Source: Gemmatimonadota bacterium
GTDB lineage: Bacteria > Gemmatimonadota > Gemmatimonadetes > Gemmatimonadales > GWC2-71-9
Direction of reading: 5' to 3'
Assembly: GCA_003221005.1 (NCBI GenBank)
Contig: QHTZ01000074.1
Location: forward strand, 1-64,000
Length of the DNA stretch: 64,000 bases
The number at the start of each line of letters is the position of its first letter. Position 1 is the first letter of the stretch. Under the pieces are notes generated by a model that saw only the letters and a program-made list of their open reading frames with translations, was not told the origin of the DNA and did no database searches. Made by a program: the position numbers and the translations under genes. Shown piece after piece: positions 15,794-32,262 of the stretch.

Positions 15794-16429
15794 ATGGCGC
15801 GCTACACCGGTCCGGCGTGCAAGCTGTGCCGTCGTGAAGGGACGAAGCTGTTCCTCAAGGGGACGCGGTGCCTGACGGAGAAGTGCGCGGTCGAGCGGCG
15901 CGCCTACGCGCCCGGCCAGCATGGCCAGTCCGCCGGACGCCGGCGCAAGGCCTCGGAATACGCAAAGCAGTTGCGCGAGAAGCAGAAGGTGAAGCGCATC
16001 TACGGGCTGTCGGAGCGCCAGTTCCGGAACATCTTCGATCGCGTGCTCAAAGAGCCCGGCGTGACCGGCGAGGCGCTGCTCGTGGCGCTCGAAAGTCGGC
16101 TGGACAACCTGGTGTACCGCATGGGCTTCGCGGTGTCGCGCCGGCAGGCGCGCCAGCTCGTGCGGCACCGTCACATCTCCGTGAACGGGCGCACGGTGGA
16201 CATCCCGTCGTACCGGGTCCGCCCTGGCGATGAGGTGAAGGTGGCGGACGCGAGCCGCGAGCTGACGCAGGTGCGTGCCGCGCTCGAGCAGTTCGGCCGG
16301 ACCCAGCCGGTCACGTGGATTCAGGTGGATACCGAGAAGGCGCTCGGTCGGATGACCGAGCGGCCGAGCCGCGACGCGATTCCGATCGCGGCGCAAGAAC
16401 AGTTAATCGTCGAGCTCTATTCCAAGTGA
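15794..16429 (+). CDS. rpsD: 30S ribosomal protein S4
   Basis: MARYTGPACKLCRREG, LESRLDNLVYR, LIVELYSK. Confidence 0.98.
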   Translation: MARYTGPACKLCRREGTKLFLKGTRCLTEKCAVERRAYAPGQHGQSAGRRRKASEYAKQLREKQKVKRIYGLSERQFRNIFDRVLKEPGVTGEALLVALESRLDNLVYRMGFAVSRRQARQLVRHRHISVNGRTVDIPSYRVRPGDEVKVADASRELTQVRAALEQFGRTQPVTWIQVDTEKALGRMTERPSRDAIPIAAQEQLIVELYSK

Positions 16430-17487
16430 TGACGACTCTCGATTTTACGGGGCTGGTGCATCCGCATCTGGTCGAAATGACCAAGCGGGAAGACAACCCG
16501 AACGCCGCCGAGTTTCGGCTCCAGCCGTTGGAGCGCGGCTACGGCTATACGCTCGGGAATTCGCTGCGCCGCATGCTGCTCTCTTCGCTGCGCGGCGCGG
16601 CCGTGTGGGCGTTCCGGCTGGACGGCGTGGTGCACGAGCACCAGACGATCCCGGGCGTCGTCGAAGACGTCCACCAGATCATCCAGCGTCTCAAGCAGCT
16701 CACCCTCGTGCTCGCGCCCGACGCCGATGAAGCCGTGCTCCACGTCAAACGGGAGAAGGCGGGTCCGGTGCACGCGCGGGATATCGAGGCGCACGGCGCC
16801 GTGACTGTCGTCAGCCCGGACCTGCTGCTGTTCACGCTGCAGGACGACCGCGAGATCTCGGGCGAGCTGTACGTCAACAAGGGCCGCGGGTACGTCGAGG
16901 CCGAGCAGCATCCGCTCGACCGCACGATGCCGGTGGACGTGGTCCGCATCGATTCGATCTACAACCCGGTGCGGCGGGCGAACTTCACCGTCGCCGAGAC
17001 GCGCGTGGGACAGCGCACCGACTACGACCGGTTGACGCTCACGGTCGAGGCCAACGGGACGATCTCGCCCGAGGACGCGGTCGCGTATGCCGCGGCCCTG
17101 GCGCAGGAGCATTTCCGCTTCTTCGTGGACTTCGGGAAGGTGCCCATGGTAGCCGCCGCGCCGGCGGGGAACGGCGGCGCCGCGGCGAACCAGCTGAAGG
17201 AAGCGCTCGGCCGTAGCATCGACGACGTGGGCCTCTCGGTCCGGTCGGTGAACTCGCTCAAGAACTCGAACATCCGCACGCTCGCGGACCTGGTGCAGTA
17301 CCGCGAGGAGGACCTGCTGAAGGTGAAGAACGTGGGGGAGAAGGCGCTGGGCGAGATCGCGGAGCTGCTGCGACGCGAGGGACTGAACTTCGGCATGAAG
17401 CTCGAAGAGGTGGAGGGCGAGCTGCGGGTGGTGGATCCCGGGACGCCGCCCCAGGCGCAGCCGACCGAGGGCGAAGAGGAGGAGTAG
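16429..17487 (+). CDS. rpoA: RNA polymerase alpha subunit
   Basis: PLERGYGYTLGNSLRR, RVGQRTDYDRL, alpha-CTD LSVRSVNSL. Confidence 0.98.
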   Translation: MTTLDFTGLVHPHLVEMTKREDNPNAAEFRLQPLERGYGYTLGNSLRRMLLSSLRGAAVWAFRLDGVVHEHQTIPGVVEDVHQIIQRLKQLTLVLAPDADEAVLHVKREKAGPVHARDIEAHGAVTVVSPDLLLFTLQDDREISGELYVNKGRGYVEAEQHPLDRTMPVDVVRIDSIYNPVRRANFTVAETRVGQRTDYDRLTLTVEANGTISPEDAVAYAAALAQEHFRFFVDFGKVPMVAAAPAGNGGAAANQLKEALGRSIDDVGLSVRSVNSLKNSNIRTLADLVQYREEDLLKVKNVGEKALGEIAELLRREGLNFGMKLEEVEGELRVVDPGTPPQAQPTEGEEEE

Positions 17488-17843
17488 TGCGCCACCGCGC
17501 GAAGAGCCGCCAGCTGTCGCGCACCGCGAGCCACCGCAAGGCGCTGCTCGCGAACCTCGCCACCAGTCTGTTCCAGCATGACCGGATCGTCACGACCGAG
17601 GCGAAGGCAAAGGAGCTCCGGCCCTACGCCGAGCGACTGATCACCCTGGCGCGCCGCGGCGGGCTGCACGCGCGCCGCCTGGTGGAGTCGCGCCTCAAGG
17701 ACCGGGACGTCACTCAGCGGTTGTTCAAAGACGTGGGGCCCCGCTTCGCGAAGCGTCCGGGAGGTTACACGCGGATCATCAAGCTGGGCCACCGGGCCGG
17801 AGACGGCGCGGAGATCGCCCGGATCGAACTGTTGAGTGAGTAA
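17487..17843 (+). CDS. rplQ: 50S ribosomal protein L17
   Basis: LSRTASHRKALL, TTEAKAKELR, RPGGYTRIIK. Confidence 0.98.
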   Translation: MRHRAKSRQLSRTASHRKALLANLATSLFQHDRIVTTEAKAKELRPYAERLITLARRGGLHARRLVESRLKDRDVTQRLFKDVGPRFAKRPGGYTRIIKLGHRAGDGAEIARIELLSE

Positions 17844-17867
17844 CGGAGCGGCGGGGTACGCCACCGG

Positions 17868-17896
17868 GAGGGGGACCCTGACGGGTCCCCTTCTTC
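17868..17896. terminator. Hairpin between convergent rplQ and rpmB
   Basis: GGGGACCC-TGAC-GGGTCCCC followed by TTCTTC. Confidence 0.7.
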
Positions 17897-17898
17897 AT

Positions 17899-18090
17899 TT
17901 ACGAGGCCTTCGCGACCCGATTCGACTTGAGGCAGCGGGTGCAGACACGCAGCCGCCGCGTCACGCCTCCCACCTGGGCCCGCACCCGCTGCAGGTTGGG
18001 GTACCAGCGCCGGTTGGTCTTGTTGTTCGCGTGGCTGATGTTGTGGCCCGTGATCGGGCCCTTGCCGCAAATGTCACACACTCGAGCCAT
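17899..18090 (-). CDS. rpmB: 50S ribosomal protein L28
   Basis: [12 protein letters not shown]...[16 protein letters not shown]...VCTRCLKS. Confidence 0.97.
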   Translation of the reverse strand: MARVCDICGKGPITGHNISHANNKTNRRWYPNLQRVRAQVGGVTRRLRVCTRCLKSNRVAKAS

Positions 18091-18092
18091 AA

Positions 18093-23267
<5,175 letters not shown>

Positions 23268-24202
23268 CCAAGCCGGCGGGCAAGCCGGCCCCGAAGCCGG
23301 GGCCGCCGCCCGCTCCGCCCCCGCCCAAGCTCAAGTTCCGGGGGAAGCTGCTCGAGAACGAGCTGCTCAGCCGCTCCACCACGTACCGTATCGGCGGGCC
23401 GGCGCGCTACTTGTTGAACCCCGCGGAAGTCGAGGACGTGGAGAAGGCCCTGCAGTTCGCCCAGGAGAAGGGCGTGCCGTGGCTCGTCCTCGGCCTGGGC
23501 TCGAACGTCCTCGTGAAGGACGGCGGCTTCCCCGGCCTCGTGATCCGCTTGGGGAAGGGCCTGGACAAGTTCGAGATGAAGGGCGCCACCGCGATCGTCG
23601 GCGCCGGCATGCCGACGCCGCTGCTCGCGCGACGCACCGCGGACGCGGGCTTCGCCGGGGTGGAGCGGTTCATCGGGATTCCGGGGACCGTGGGCGGCGG
23701 GGTGTACATGAACGCCGGCGCCCACGGCGCCGAGTTTGCCGAGGTCGTCACCGAAGTCACGGTGATGGACCCCAAGGGCAAGCTCAAGCAGCTCACCCGC
23801 AAGCAGATCCCCTTCAAGTACCGCGCGAGTGGGCTCGGTCAGGTGATCGTGCTCGAAGCGAAACTGGGTTTGGGCGAGGAGGCGCCCGCCAAGCTCAAGG
23901 AAGTGCAGGGGCGGCTGTTCCGGTGGCGCAAGGCCGGCACGCCGTTCGATCAGCCGTGCTGCGGCTCGGTGTTCAAGAATCCGGGAGGGCCGAAGACTGC
24001 CGGGATGCTGATCGAGGAGGCGGGGCTCAAGGGCTTCCGCATCGGCGGCGCGCACGTCTCGATCCTGCACGCTAACTACATCGTCAACACGGGGAACGCG
24101 ACCGCGGCCGACGTCCTCAAAGTGATTGATCACGTCCGCAAGACCGTCGCCAAGAAGCTGCGGGTCGAGCTCGAGCTCGAAGTGAAGGTCATCGGCGTCT
24201 GA

Positions 24203-24793
24203 ATGGGTGATTACTTCGTGCACGAGTCGAGCTACGTCGACGAGGGCGCGCGCATCGGCAAGGGCACCAAGATCTGGCACTTCTGCCACATCATGCCGGG
24301 GGCCGTGATCGGCGCGCGCTGCAATCTCGGCCAGAACGTCGTCGTGATGCCGGGGACGCGCCTCGGCGACAACGTCAAGGTGCAGAACAACGTCTCGATC
24401 TACGAAGGTGTGGAGCTCGAGGACGACGTGTTTTGCGGCCCCTCGTGCGTGTTCACCAACGTGGTTAACCCCCGCAGCCACGTGTCGCGCAAGCATCAGT
24501 ATCAGCGGACGCAAGTCAAGCGCGGCGCCTCCATCGGAGCGAACGCCACCATCCTGTGCGGCCTGACGCTCGGCGAATACGCGTTCATCGGCGCGGGCGC
24601 CGTCGTCACGTCCGACGTCCCCGCATTTGCTCTGATGGTCGGCGTGCCGGCCCGGCGCGTCGGGTGGATGTGCCAGTGCGGGGAGCGGCTGATACTCTCC
24701 GGGGGCAAGGCCGCGTGCGCCGCCTGCGGCGCGACGTACCAGGAATCGGAGGGGTTGCTGCGCGCGATTGCCCCGCCCAAGAGCGCCAGGTAA
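24203..24793 (+). CDS. Left-handed beta-helix N-acetyltransferase (WbpD/WlbB-like)
   Basis: [34 protein letters not shown]. Confidence 0.88.
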   Translation: MGDYFVHESSYVDEGARIGKGTKIWHFCHIMPGAVIGARCNLGQNVVVMPGTRLGDNVKVQNNVSIYEGVELEDDVFCGPSCVFTNVVNPRSHVSRKHQYQRTQVKRGASIGANATILCGLTLGEYAFIGAGAVVTSDVPAFALMVGVPARRVGWMCQCGERLILSGGKAACAACGATYQESEGLLRAIAPPKSAR

Positions 24794-24823
24794 ATTGTTG
24801 CGCCCTTTGCGGATACCGATCAC

Positions 24824-25945
24824 GTGAACGTGCCGCTCCTCGACCTCGTCGCGCAGTACCGCGCCATCAAGCACGAGGTTCTCCCCGCACTCCAGGCGGT
24901 CGTCGAGTCACAGCAGTTCATCATGGGTCCCGCCGTGGCGCAGCTCGAGGCGGCGGTGGCACAGCTGTCGCACGCCCGGCACGGCATCGCGTGCGCCAGC
25001 GGCACCGACGCGCTGCTCCTGCCGCTCAAGGCGCTCGACCTCCGGCCCGGGGACGAGGTGATCACCACCCCGTTCACGTTCTTTGCGACCGCGGGGGCCA
25101 TTCACAACGCCGGCGGTGCGCCCGTGTTCGTGGAGATCGAGCCCGACACGCTCAACCTCGACCCCCGAGCCGTGGAGGCAGCGGTGACGCCGCGCACCCG
25201 CGCGATCCTGCCGGTCCACCTGTACGGCCAGATGGCGGCGCTGGAGCGTCTCATAGCTATCGCGAATCGGGGGGGACGCGGCATCAGGGTGATCGAGGAT
25301 GCCGCGCAGGCGATTGGCGCGCGGCGCTCGATCGACGGCGAATGGCGCATGGCCGGCGAGCTCGGCTGGGTGACGGGGTACTCGTTCTTCCCGAGCAAGA
25401 ACCTCGGCGCCTGGGGCGACGGTGGGATGATCGTCACGTCGGACGACCGCGTGGCCGACCGGTTGCGGAAGCTGCGGTTGCACGGCGGCGGGAAGCAGTA
25501 TCATCACGACGAAGTCGGGACGAACTCCCGGCTCGACACGCTCCAGGCCGCGGTGCTGCTCGCCAAGCTGCCGCACCTCGCCGACTGGTCGGCGCGCCGG
25601 CGCGAGCACGCCGCGTATTACTCCGCCGCGCTGGCCGGCGTGCCACAAGTCAAGCCTCCCGTCGTCGCGCCCGGCAACGAACACATCTTTCACCAGTACA
25701 CGCTCCGCGTCGAGCGGCGCGACGAGCTGCAGGCGCACCTCAAGGCCAAGGGAATCGGCTGCGCGGTCTACTATCCCGTGCCGCTGCACCTCCAGGAGTG
25801 CTTTCGCCACCTTAGGTACCAGCAGGGTCGCTTCCCCGAATCCGAGCGCGCAGCGCTCGAGGTTATCTCGCTCCCGGTGTACCCCGAGTTGAGTCGCGAG
25901 CAGCTCGACTACGTCCTCGATGCGATCCGCGGGTTCTATCGGTGA
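24824..25945 (+). CDS. DegT/DnrJ aminotransferase (WbpE-like)
   Basis: ASGTDAL, PVHLYGQ, IEDAAQA, SFFPSKNLG, NSRLD. Confidence 0.92.
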   Translation: MNVPLLDLVAQYRAIKHEVLPALQAVVESQQFIMGPAVAQLEAAVAQLSHARHGIACASGTDALLLPLKALDLRPGDEVITTPFTFFATAGAIHNAGGAPVFVEIEPDTLNLDPRAVEAAVTPRTRAILPVHLYGQMAALERLIAIANRGGRGIRVIEDAAQAIGARRSIDGEWRMAGELGWVTGYSFFPSKNLGAWGDGGMIVTSDDRVADRLRKLRLHGGGKQYHHDEVGTNSRLDTLQAAVLLAKLPHLADWSARRREHAAYYSAALAGVPQVKPPVVAPGNEHIFHQYTLRVERRDELQAHLKAKGIGCAVYYPVPLHLQECFRHLRYQQGRFPESERAALEVISLPVYPELSREQLDYVLDAIRGFYR

Positions 25946-26946
25946 GCCGCCTGCGGCTGGGCGTCATCGGCGCAGGTGCCTGGGGGAAGAACCACGTCCG
26001 CACCGCCGCGGCCACGCCGGAGGCTGAGCTCGCAGCCGTGTGCGATTCGGATCCCAAGGTGCGGGAGCGCGTCGCGCGCCAGCATCCGAGCGCGCACGTC
26101 ACCGGCGATCCGGTCGAGCTGGTGGAATGCGCGGACGCGGTGATCATCGCCTCGCCGGCCGCCACACACGCCCGGTTCGCACGGCAGTGCATCGACGCGG
26201 GCAAGCCCTGCCTGGTCGAGAAGCCGTTCGCCCTGAGCGTGCGCGACGCGGAAGGTGTGGCGCGTGCGGCGGCTGAGCGAGGCGTCCCCGTGATGGCCGG
26301 GCACCTGCTGCTGTTTCACCCGGCCGTCGAGCGGCTGCGCGCCCTGGTTCAAGGCGGCGAGCTCGGCAAGGTCTATTATCTGTACGGGCTGCGCGTCAAC
26401 TTGGGGCAGGTGCGGGCCGACGAGAACGCGCTCTGGAGCTTCGGTCCCCACGACGTGTCGGTGGCACTCTACTTGCTCGGTGAGGTCCCGACACGCGTCG
26501 CGGCCCAGGGGCGGAGTTACCTCCAACCAAAAGTGGAAGACGTAGTGTTCCTTACGATGGAATTCGCGAGCGGTGTACTCGCGCACGTGCAGCTGTCGTG
26601 GCTGGACCCGCACAAAGAGCGGAAGCTCACCGTCGTGGGCGCGAAGAAGATGGCGGTGTTCGACGACATGGAGGCACGGGAGAAGCTGCGCATCTACGAC
26701 AAAGGGGTGGACCGTCCACCGGAGTACGGCTCGTACGGCGAAAGCCTCGCCGTCCGCGAGGGGGACATCTTCATTCCGAAGATCCCCAACGTGGAGCCGC
26801 TTGCGGCCGAACTTGCGCACTTCGTGCGGGTCGCGCGGGGGACGGAGCCCCCCCGCGCCGGTCCCGAGGACGGCGTGCGAGTCGTCCAAGTGCTCGACGG
26901 AGCCAGCCGCTCGCTCGCCGCGGGCGGCGCGCCGGTGGCCTTGTGA
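25942..26946 (+). CDS. Gfo/Idh/MocA oxidoreductase (WbpB-like)
   Basis: GAGAWG, LVEKP, GPHD. Confidence 0.88.
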   Translation: MSRLRLGVIGAGAWGKNHVRTAAATPEAELAAVCDSDPKVRERVARQHPSAHVTGDPVELVECADAVIIASPAATHARFARQCIDAGKPCLVEKPFALSVRDAEGVARAAAERGVPVMAGHLLLFHPAVERLRALVQGGELGKVYYLYGLRVNLGQVRADENALWSFGPHDVSVALYLLGEVPTRVAAQGRSYLQPKVEDVVFLTMEFASGVLAHVQLSWLDPHKERKLTVVGAKKMAVFDDMEAREKLRIYDKGVDRPPEYGSYGESLAVREGDIFIPKIPNVEPLAAELAHFVRVARGTEPPRAGPEDGVRVVQVLDGASRSLAAGGAPVAL

Positions 26947-28268
26947 GCCGGCCGCGCACCGCGGGGACAGCCGCCGACCTGCTCCTCGCTAAAGCGCAGG
27001 ACCGGTCCGCCCTCATCGGGATCGTCGGCCTCGGGTACGTGGGGCTGCCGCTCGCGATGGAATTCGCGCGCGCCGGGTTCCGCGTACTCGGCTTCGACGT
27101 GAGCCGGGAGGTCGTGGACGGCTTGAACGCGTGCCGCTCGCACGTGCGCGATGTGCCGAGCGCCAGGGTCGCGGAGTACGCGCAGGCCGACCGGTTCGCC
27201 GTCACCGCCGACCTGGCGCGGCTCAAGGAGCCGGATGTGGTGTCGATCTGTGTGCCGACACCGCTCTCCAAGACCAAGGATCCCGACGTCAGCTATGTGA
27301 TCGCTGCGACGAACTCCGTGAAACAGACGCTGCGGCGCGCGCAGCTCGTCGTCCTGGAATCGACGACCTATCCGGGCACCACCCGGGAGCTGCTGCTCCC
27401 GGCCCTCGAGAGCACCGGGCTCAGAGTGGGCGAGGATTTCTTCCTGGCGTTCTCGCCGGAGCGCGTGGATCCCGGAAACCCCGAGTGGAACACGCGCAAC
27501 ACGCCGAAGATCGTGGGCGGCATCACCGAGACCTGCCGCCGCGTCACGATGGCCGTGTACGAGGGGGCGATCGATCGCCTCGTCCCCGTGTCGTCCCCCG
27601 AGGCGGCGGAACTAGTGAAGATCCTCGAGAACACGTTCCGCAGTGTGAATATCGGGCTCGTCAACGAGATGGCGATCGTGTGTGACAAGCTCGGCGTGGA
27701 CGTGTGGGAGGTGATCGAGGCGGCCGCGACGAAGCCATTCGGCTTCATGAAGTTCACGCCCGGCCCCGGAGTAGGGGGGCATTGCATCCCGCTCGACCCG
27801 CACTACCTGGCCTGGAAGATGCGGACGCTCAACTACCGCACGCGTTTCATCGAGCTGGCGGGCGAAATCAACGCCGCGATGCCCGAGTACTGGGTGGCGC
27901 GGGTGGTGGACCGCTTGAACGAGCGCGGGAAGCCGGCCCGCCAGAGCGTCGTCCTGGTCATCGGGGTCGCCTACAAGAAGGACAGCGACGACACGCGTGA
28001 GAGTCCGGCGCTCGATGTGATCCGGCTCCTGGCCGAGCGCGGAGCGGTCGTCCGCTACCACGACCCGCTCGTGCCGGCACTGCAGGAGGACGGCATCGAT
28101 CTGCAATCGGTGCCGCTCTCCGCCGAGACGCTCGCGGCTGCCGATTGCGCGATCATCGTGACGGACCACGGGTCCATCGATTACGCCCTCGTGACCAAGC
28201 ATGCGCCCGCGGTCGTGGACACGCGGCACGCGCTGGCGCGCGTCCGGGGCGGGAAGGAGGCCACGTGA
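26943..28268 (+). CDS. UDP-N-acetyl-hexosamine 6-dehydrogenase (WbpA/WecC-like)
   Basis: GLGYVGLPLA, ESTTYPGTT, FSPER, GGHCIP. Confidence 0.9.
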   Translation: MSRPRTAGTAADLLLAKAQDRSALIGIVGLGYVGLPLAMEFARAGFRVLGFDVSREVVDGLNACRSHVRDVPSARVAEYAQADRFAVTADLARLKEPDVVSICVPTPLSKTKDPDVSYVIAATNSVKQTLRRAQLVVLESTTYPGTTRELLLPALESTGLRVGEDFFLAFSPERVDPGNPEWNTRNTPKIVGGITETCRRVTMAVYEGAIDRLVPVSSPEAAELVKILENTFRSVNIGLVNEMAIVCDKLGVDVWEVIEAAATKPFGFMKFTPGPGVGGHCIPLDPHYLAWKMRTLNYRTRFIELAGEINAAMPEYWVARVVDRLNERGKPARQSVVLVIGVAYKKDSDDTRESPALDVIRLLAERGAVVRYHDPLVPALQEDGIDLQSVPLSAETLAAADCAIIVTDHGSIDYALVTKHAPAVVDTRHALARVRGGKEAT

Positions 28269-29584
28269 AGGTCGCCGTCATCGGGACGGGCTACGTCGGG
28301 CTCGTCGTGGGCGCGTGCCTTGCGGAGGCGGGGAACGACGTCGTTGGCGCAGACGTGGACGAGGCCAAGATCGCGGGTCTGCGGGCCAACCGGCTCCCGA
28401 TCTACGAGCCGGGCCTCGAGCCGCTGCTGGCCCGCAACCAGCGCGAGGGCCGCCTCCAGTTCACGCCGGACGTGGGCGCTGCGATCGAGCGCTCCGACGT
28501 CGTCTTCATCGCCGTGGGGACGCCTCCAGACGAGGACGGCTCGGCCGACCTGAGGCACGTGCTCGCCGTCGCGCGCACGATCGGCCAGCGCATGAACTGT
28601 CCCAAGGTCGTGATCACGAAGAGCACGGTCCCCGTCGGTACGGCCGAGCGCGTGCGGGCCGAGATCGCCGCACACACGCAGCTGCCGTTCCACGTGTGCT
28701 CCAACCCCGAATTTCTAAAGGAAGGGGCGGCGATCGAGGATTTCATGAAGCCGGACCGAGTCGTCGTGGGCGTGGATTCGCCCGAGGCGGCGCGTGTGCT
28801 CGAGGAGCTGTACGCGCCGTTCGTGCGCACCGGAAATCCGCTGATCTTCATGGACATCGCGTCCGCCGAGATGACCAAGTACGCGGCCAACGCGATGCTC
28901 GCCACCCGCATCTCGTTCATGAACCAGATCGCGCGGCTGTGCGAGGCGGTCGGAGCCGACGTGACACTGGTGCGGCGGGGCATCGGGACCGATCGCCGCA
29001 TCGGGTCCGCGTTTCTGTTCCCCGGCCCGGGCTACGGCGGGTCCTGCTTCCCGAAGGACGTGAAAGCGCTGATCCGGACCGGTGAGGAGCGCGGGGTGCC
29101 GCTCGACGTGATCGCGGCGGTGGATGCGGCGAACGAGCGCCAGAAGCGGATGTTGTTCGAGAAGCTCGCGCGCCACTTCGCCGGCGGGCTGCGCGACGTG
29201 GCCGTCGCCGTGTGGGGGCTCGCCTTCAAGGCCGAGACGGACGACGTTCGCGAGAGCCCCGCGCTGGTGCTGGTGGAGGCGCTGCTCCGGGCGGGCGCGA
29301 CCGTCCGAGTGCACGACCCGGCGGCGCAAGAGACGGCGCGGCGGCTCCTGGGAGAGCGGGTCAGCTACGCGCCACACGCGTATGCGGCGCTGGAGGGCGC
29401 CGCCGCGCTCGCGATCGTCACCGAGTGGCTCGAGTACCGCAACCCGGACTTCGAGCGCATCAAGCGACTGCTCGCCCGCCCCCTGATTGTGGACGGCCGC
29501 AATCTGTACGCCCCTGAGCGCCTCGCGCGGCTCGGCTTCACGTACGATAGCATCGGCCGCCGCCTGACATGCGCGCCCTCGTAA
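28265..29584 (+). CDS. ugd: UDP-glucose 6-dehydrogenase
   Basis: [33 protein letters not shown]. Confidence 0.93.
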   Translation: MKVAVIGTGYVGLVVGACLAEAGNDVVGADVDEAKIAGLRANRLPIYEPGLEPLLARNQREGRLQFTPDVGAAIERSDVVFIAVGTPPDEDGSADLRHVLAVARTIGQRMNCPKVVITKSTVPVGTAERVRAEIAAHTQLPFHVCSNPEFLKEGAAIEDFMKPDRVVVGVDSPEAARVLEELYAPFVRTGNPLIFMDIASAEMTKYAANAMLATRISFMNQIARLCEAVGADVTLVRRGIGTDRRIGSAFLFPGPGYGGSCFPKDVKALIRTGEERGVPLDVIAAVDAANERQKRMLFEKLARHFAGGLRDVAVAVWGLAFKAETDDVRESPALVLVEALLRAGATVRVHDPAAQETARRLLGERVSYAPHAYAALEGAAALAIVTEWLEYRNPDFERIKRLLARPLIVDGRNLYAPERLARLGFTYDSIGRRLTCAPS

Positions 29585-30501
29585 CGGGGGCGGCGGGGTT
29601 TCTCGGCTCGCACCTGTGCGACCGGCTCCTCGCCCAGGGGTATCGGGTGGTCGGGATGGACAACTACCTGACGGGCAACGCCGCGAACCTCGCGCACCTG
29701 CGGAGCAGCCCGAACTTCCAGTTCCTGCTCCATGACGTGACGAATTTCATCGAGGTGCAGGGCCCGCTCGACGGCGTGCTGCACTTCGCCAGCCCCGCGA
29801 GCCCGGTCGACTACCTGGAATTCCCGATCCAGACGCTCAAAGTCGGCTCGCTCGGCACGCACAAGGCGCTCGGCCTCTCGAAGGCGAAGACGGCGCGTTT
29901 TCTGCTCGCCTCCACGTCCGAGGTGTACGGCGATCCGCTGGTGCATCCGCAGCCCGAGAGCTATTGGGGGAACGTGAATCCCGTCGGCCCGCGCGGCGTG
30001 TACGACGAAGCCAAGCGCTTCGCGGAGGCCATGACGATGGCCTACCACCGCTACCACAAGCTCGACACCCGAATCGTGCGGATCTTCAATACGTACGGCC
30101 CGCGGATGCGCCCGCGGGACGGGCGCGTCGTCTCCAACTTCATCGTCCAGGCGCTCAAGGGCGAGCCACTCACGGTGTACGGAGACGGCTCCCAGACGCG
30201 GTCGTTCTGCTACGTGGACGACTTGATCGAGGGGATCGTGCAGCTGTTCGAGCGCGGCGGACCGGAGCCGACCAACCTTGGCAACCCCCAGGAGTTCACG
30301 GTGCGCCATCTCGCGGAGGTCGTGCTGCGGCTCACGGGGAGCCGCAGCCCGATCGTCGAGCGCCCCCTCCCCACCGACGATCCCAAAGTGCGCCAGCCCG
30401 ACATCCGCCGCGCCTGCGAGACGCTTGGCTGGGAGCCGCGGGTGTCGCTCGAGGACGGCCTGCGCCGTACGATCGAATACTTCCGCGGGATCGTGGGGTG
30501 A
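29569..30501 (+). CDS. UDP-glucuronate decarboxylase (UXS-like)
   Basis: [32 protein letters not shown]. Confidence 0.92.
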   Translation: MRALVTGAAGFLGSHLCDRLLAQGYRVVGMDNYLTGNAANLAHLRSSPNFQFLLHDVTNFIEVQGPLDGVLHFASPASPVDYLEFPIQTLKVGSLGTHKALGLSKAKTARFLLASTSEVYGDPLVHPQPESYWGNVNPVGPRGVYDEAKRFAEAMTMAYHRYHKLDTRIVRIFNTYGPRMRPRDGRVVSNFIVQALKGEPLTVYGDGSQTRSFCYVDDLIEGIVQLFERGGPEPTNLGNPQEFTVRHLAEVVLRLTGSRSPIVERPLPTDDPKVRQPDIRRACETLGWEPRVSLEDGLRRTIEYFRGIVG

Positions 30502-31460
30502 GTCCCCGGATCCTCGTCACCGGCGCGGCCGGGTTCATCGGATCCCATGTTTGCGAGGCCCTGATCGCGAGGGGGGACGAAGTCGTCGGCCTCGACAACT
30601 TCGATCCGTTCTATCCGCGACAGCTGAAGGAGCAGAACATCGCCGCCCTGCGGGGGCGCGCCGAGTTCCGTCTCGTCGAGGCCGACATCACGCGCGACGC
30701 GCTGCCGCTCGCGGGCGTGACTGCGGTGGTGCATCTCGCAGCGAAGGCTGGGGTGCGAGCCTCTGTGGAAGACCCCGTCGCCTACACTGCCGTGAACGTC
30801 ACCGGGACGGCCCGCGTGCTCGAGGCGGCGCGGGAGACGGGCGTGCGGCGCATCGTGGTGGGCTCGTCGTCGTCCGTGTACGGCGACGCTACCCCACGCC
30901 CCTTCGCCGAAGACGCTCCAGCCGTCGAGCCCGTGTCGCCCTACGCGGCCAGCAAGCGGGCGGCGGAGCTGTTGGCGCACGTGTTCGCGCATCTGCACGG
31001 GATGCGCATCCTGTGCCTGCGTCTCTTCACCGTGTACGGGCCGCGGCAGCGCCCCGACCTCGCCATTCACCGCTTCATCGACGCGATCGCGCGCGATCGG
31101 CCCGTGCCGATGCACGGCGACGGGTCCAGCGAGCGCGAGTACACCTATATTAGTGACGCCGTGGATGGCGTCTTGGCCGGACTCGACTGGACTGGTCGCC
31201 GCGGCCCCGGATGCGTCGCGATCAACCTCGGGGGCGGCGAGCGGGTGCGGTTGGACCGGCTGATCGGTCTGCTCGCCCGCGCGTCGCATCGCGACGCGCG
31301 GATCGAGCGGTGCCCCGAGCCGCCGGGCGATGTGCGTCTCACGGCGGCCGATCTGGGGCGTGCGGAACGTGAGCTCGGCTACCGCCCGCGGGTAGGCATC
31401 GAGGAAGGGATCGGACACTTCGTCCGCTGGTACGAGGCGACCCATGGACGTCAGTCCTGA
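30498..31460 (+). CDS. NAD-dependent epimerase (UDP-glucuronate 4-epimerase-like)
   Basis: [39 protein letters not shown]. Confidence 0.88.
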   Translation: MSPRILVTGAAGFIGSHVCEALIARGDEVVGLDNFDPFYPRQLKEQNIAALRGRAEFRLVEADITRDALPLAGVTAVVHLAAKAGVRASVEDPVAYTAVNVTGTARVLEAARETGVRRIVVGSSSSVYGDATPRPFAEDAPAVEPVSPYAASKRAAELLAHVFAHLHGMRILCLRLFTVYGPRQRPDLAIHRFIDAIARDRPVPMHGDGSSEREYTYISDAVDGVLAGLDWTGRRGPGCVAINLGGGERVRLDRLIGLLARASHRDARIERCPEPPGDVRLTAADLGRAERELGYRPRVGIEEGIGHFVRWYEATHGRQS

Positions 31461-32262
31461 GCATCTCGTCGATCAGGCCCGCGAGCGCTTTCAGCTCCAG
31501 GACTACTACGGCGCGATCCATCTTCTGGAAGAAGTGCTGGCGACCGGCCGGGCATTCGCCGACGCGCATCACCTGCTGGGACTCTCGTACTCGCTCGTGG
31601 GCCAGCCGGACAACGCGCTCGCCCAGTTCGATCGCGCGCTCCAGCTGAACCCGCGCTACGTCGAGGCGCTGATTCACCGCGCCATCGTCCTCAACGAGCT
31701 CGGGCGCGAGGACGAAGCCGACGCGATGTTTCGCCGCGCGGCACAGCTCGGCGGGGAGACCCGCGAGGGCTTCCCCGCCCACGTGGCGGCGAAGCTCGCC
31801 AATCAACACGCGGCGTTGGGCGACGCCTACGTCGAGTCGGGCGGCGTCACCCAGGCGATTGCGCAGTATCGCGAAGCGCTGGAGCTGGGACCCGGGTTCC
31901 ACGACCTGCGGTATAAGCTGGGGCGGCTGCTGCTGCAGGCGGGGCGGGCGCTCGACGCGCGCGAGCAATTCGACATCATCGTACGGCATCGTCCCACCTA
32001 CCTCGACGCTGCGGCGATGCTCGGCCTGGCGTCCTACCTGGCCGGCGATGGCCTCGCCGCCCGCGCCGTCTGGGAGGAATGCCGCGAGCGACGGCCGGAG
32101 GATCCGAGAGTGGAGGCCTATCTGGCGATGCTGTCCCGCAGCGACGTCGCGCCAAGCCCGACGGGAGCGACCGCGCCGCCCCCCGGCGCTGCCGACCGGG
32201 GAGAGGCCGAGGAGGGACGGGGAAGGGGAGGGTCCGGGGGAGGGGGAAGGAAACGGTCGTGA
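31444..32262 (+). CDS. Tetratricopeptide repeat protein
   Basis: Several TPR units (ALQLNPRYVEA, ALELGPGFHD). Confidence 0.8.
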   Translation: MDVSPEHLVDQARERFQLQDYYGAIHLLEEVLATGRAFADAHHLLGLSYSLVGQPDNALAQFDRALQLNPRYVEALIHRAIVLNELGREDEADAMFRRAAQLGGETREGFPAHVAAKLANQHAALGDAYVESGGVTQAIAQYREALELGPGFHDLRYKLGRLLLQAGRALDAREQFDIIVRHRPTYLDAAAMLGLASYLAGDGLAARAVWEECRERRPEDPRVEAYLAMLSRSDVAPSPTGATAPPPGAADRGEAEEGRGRGGSGGGGRKRS

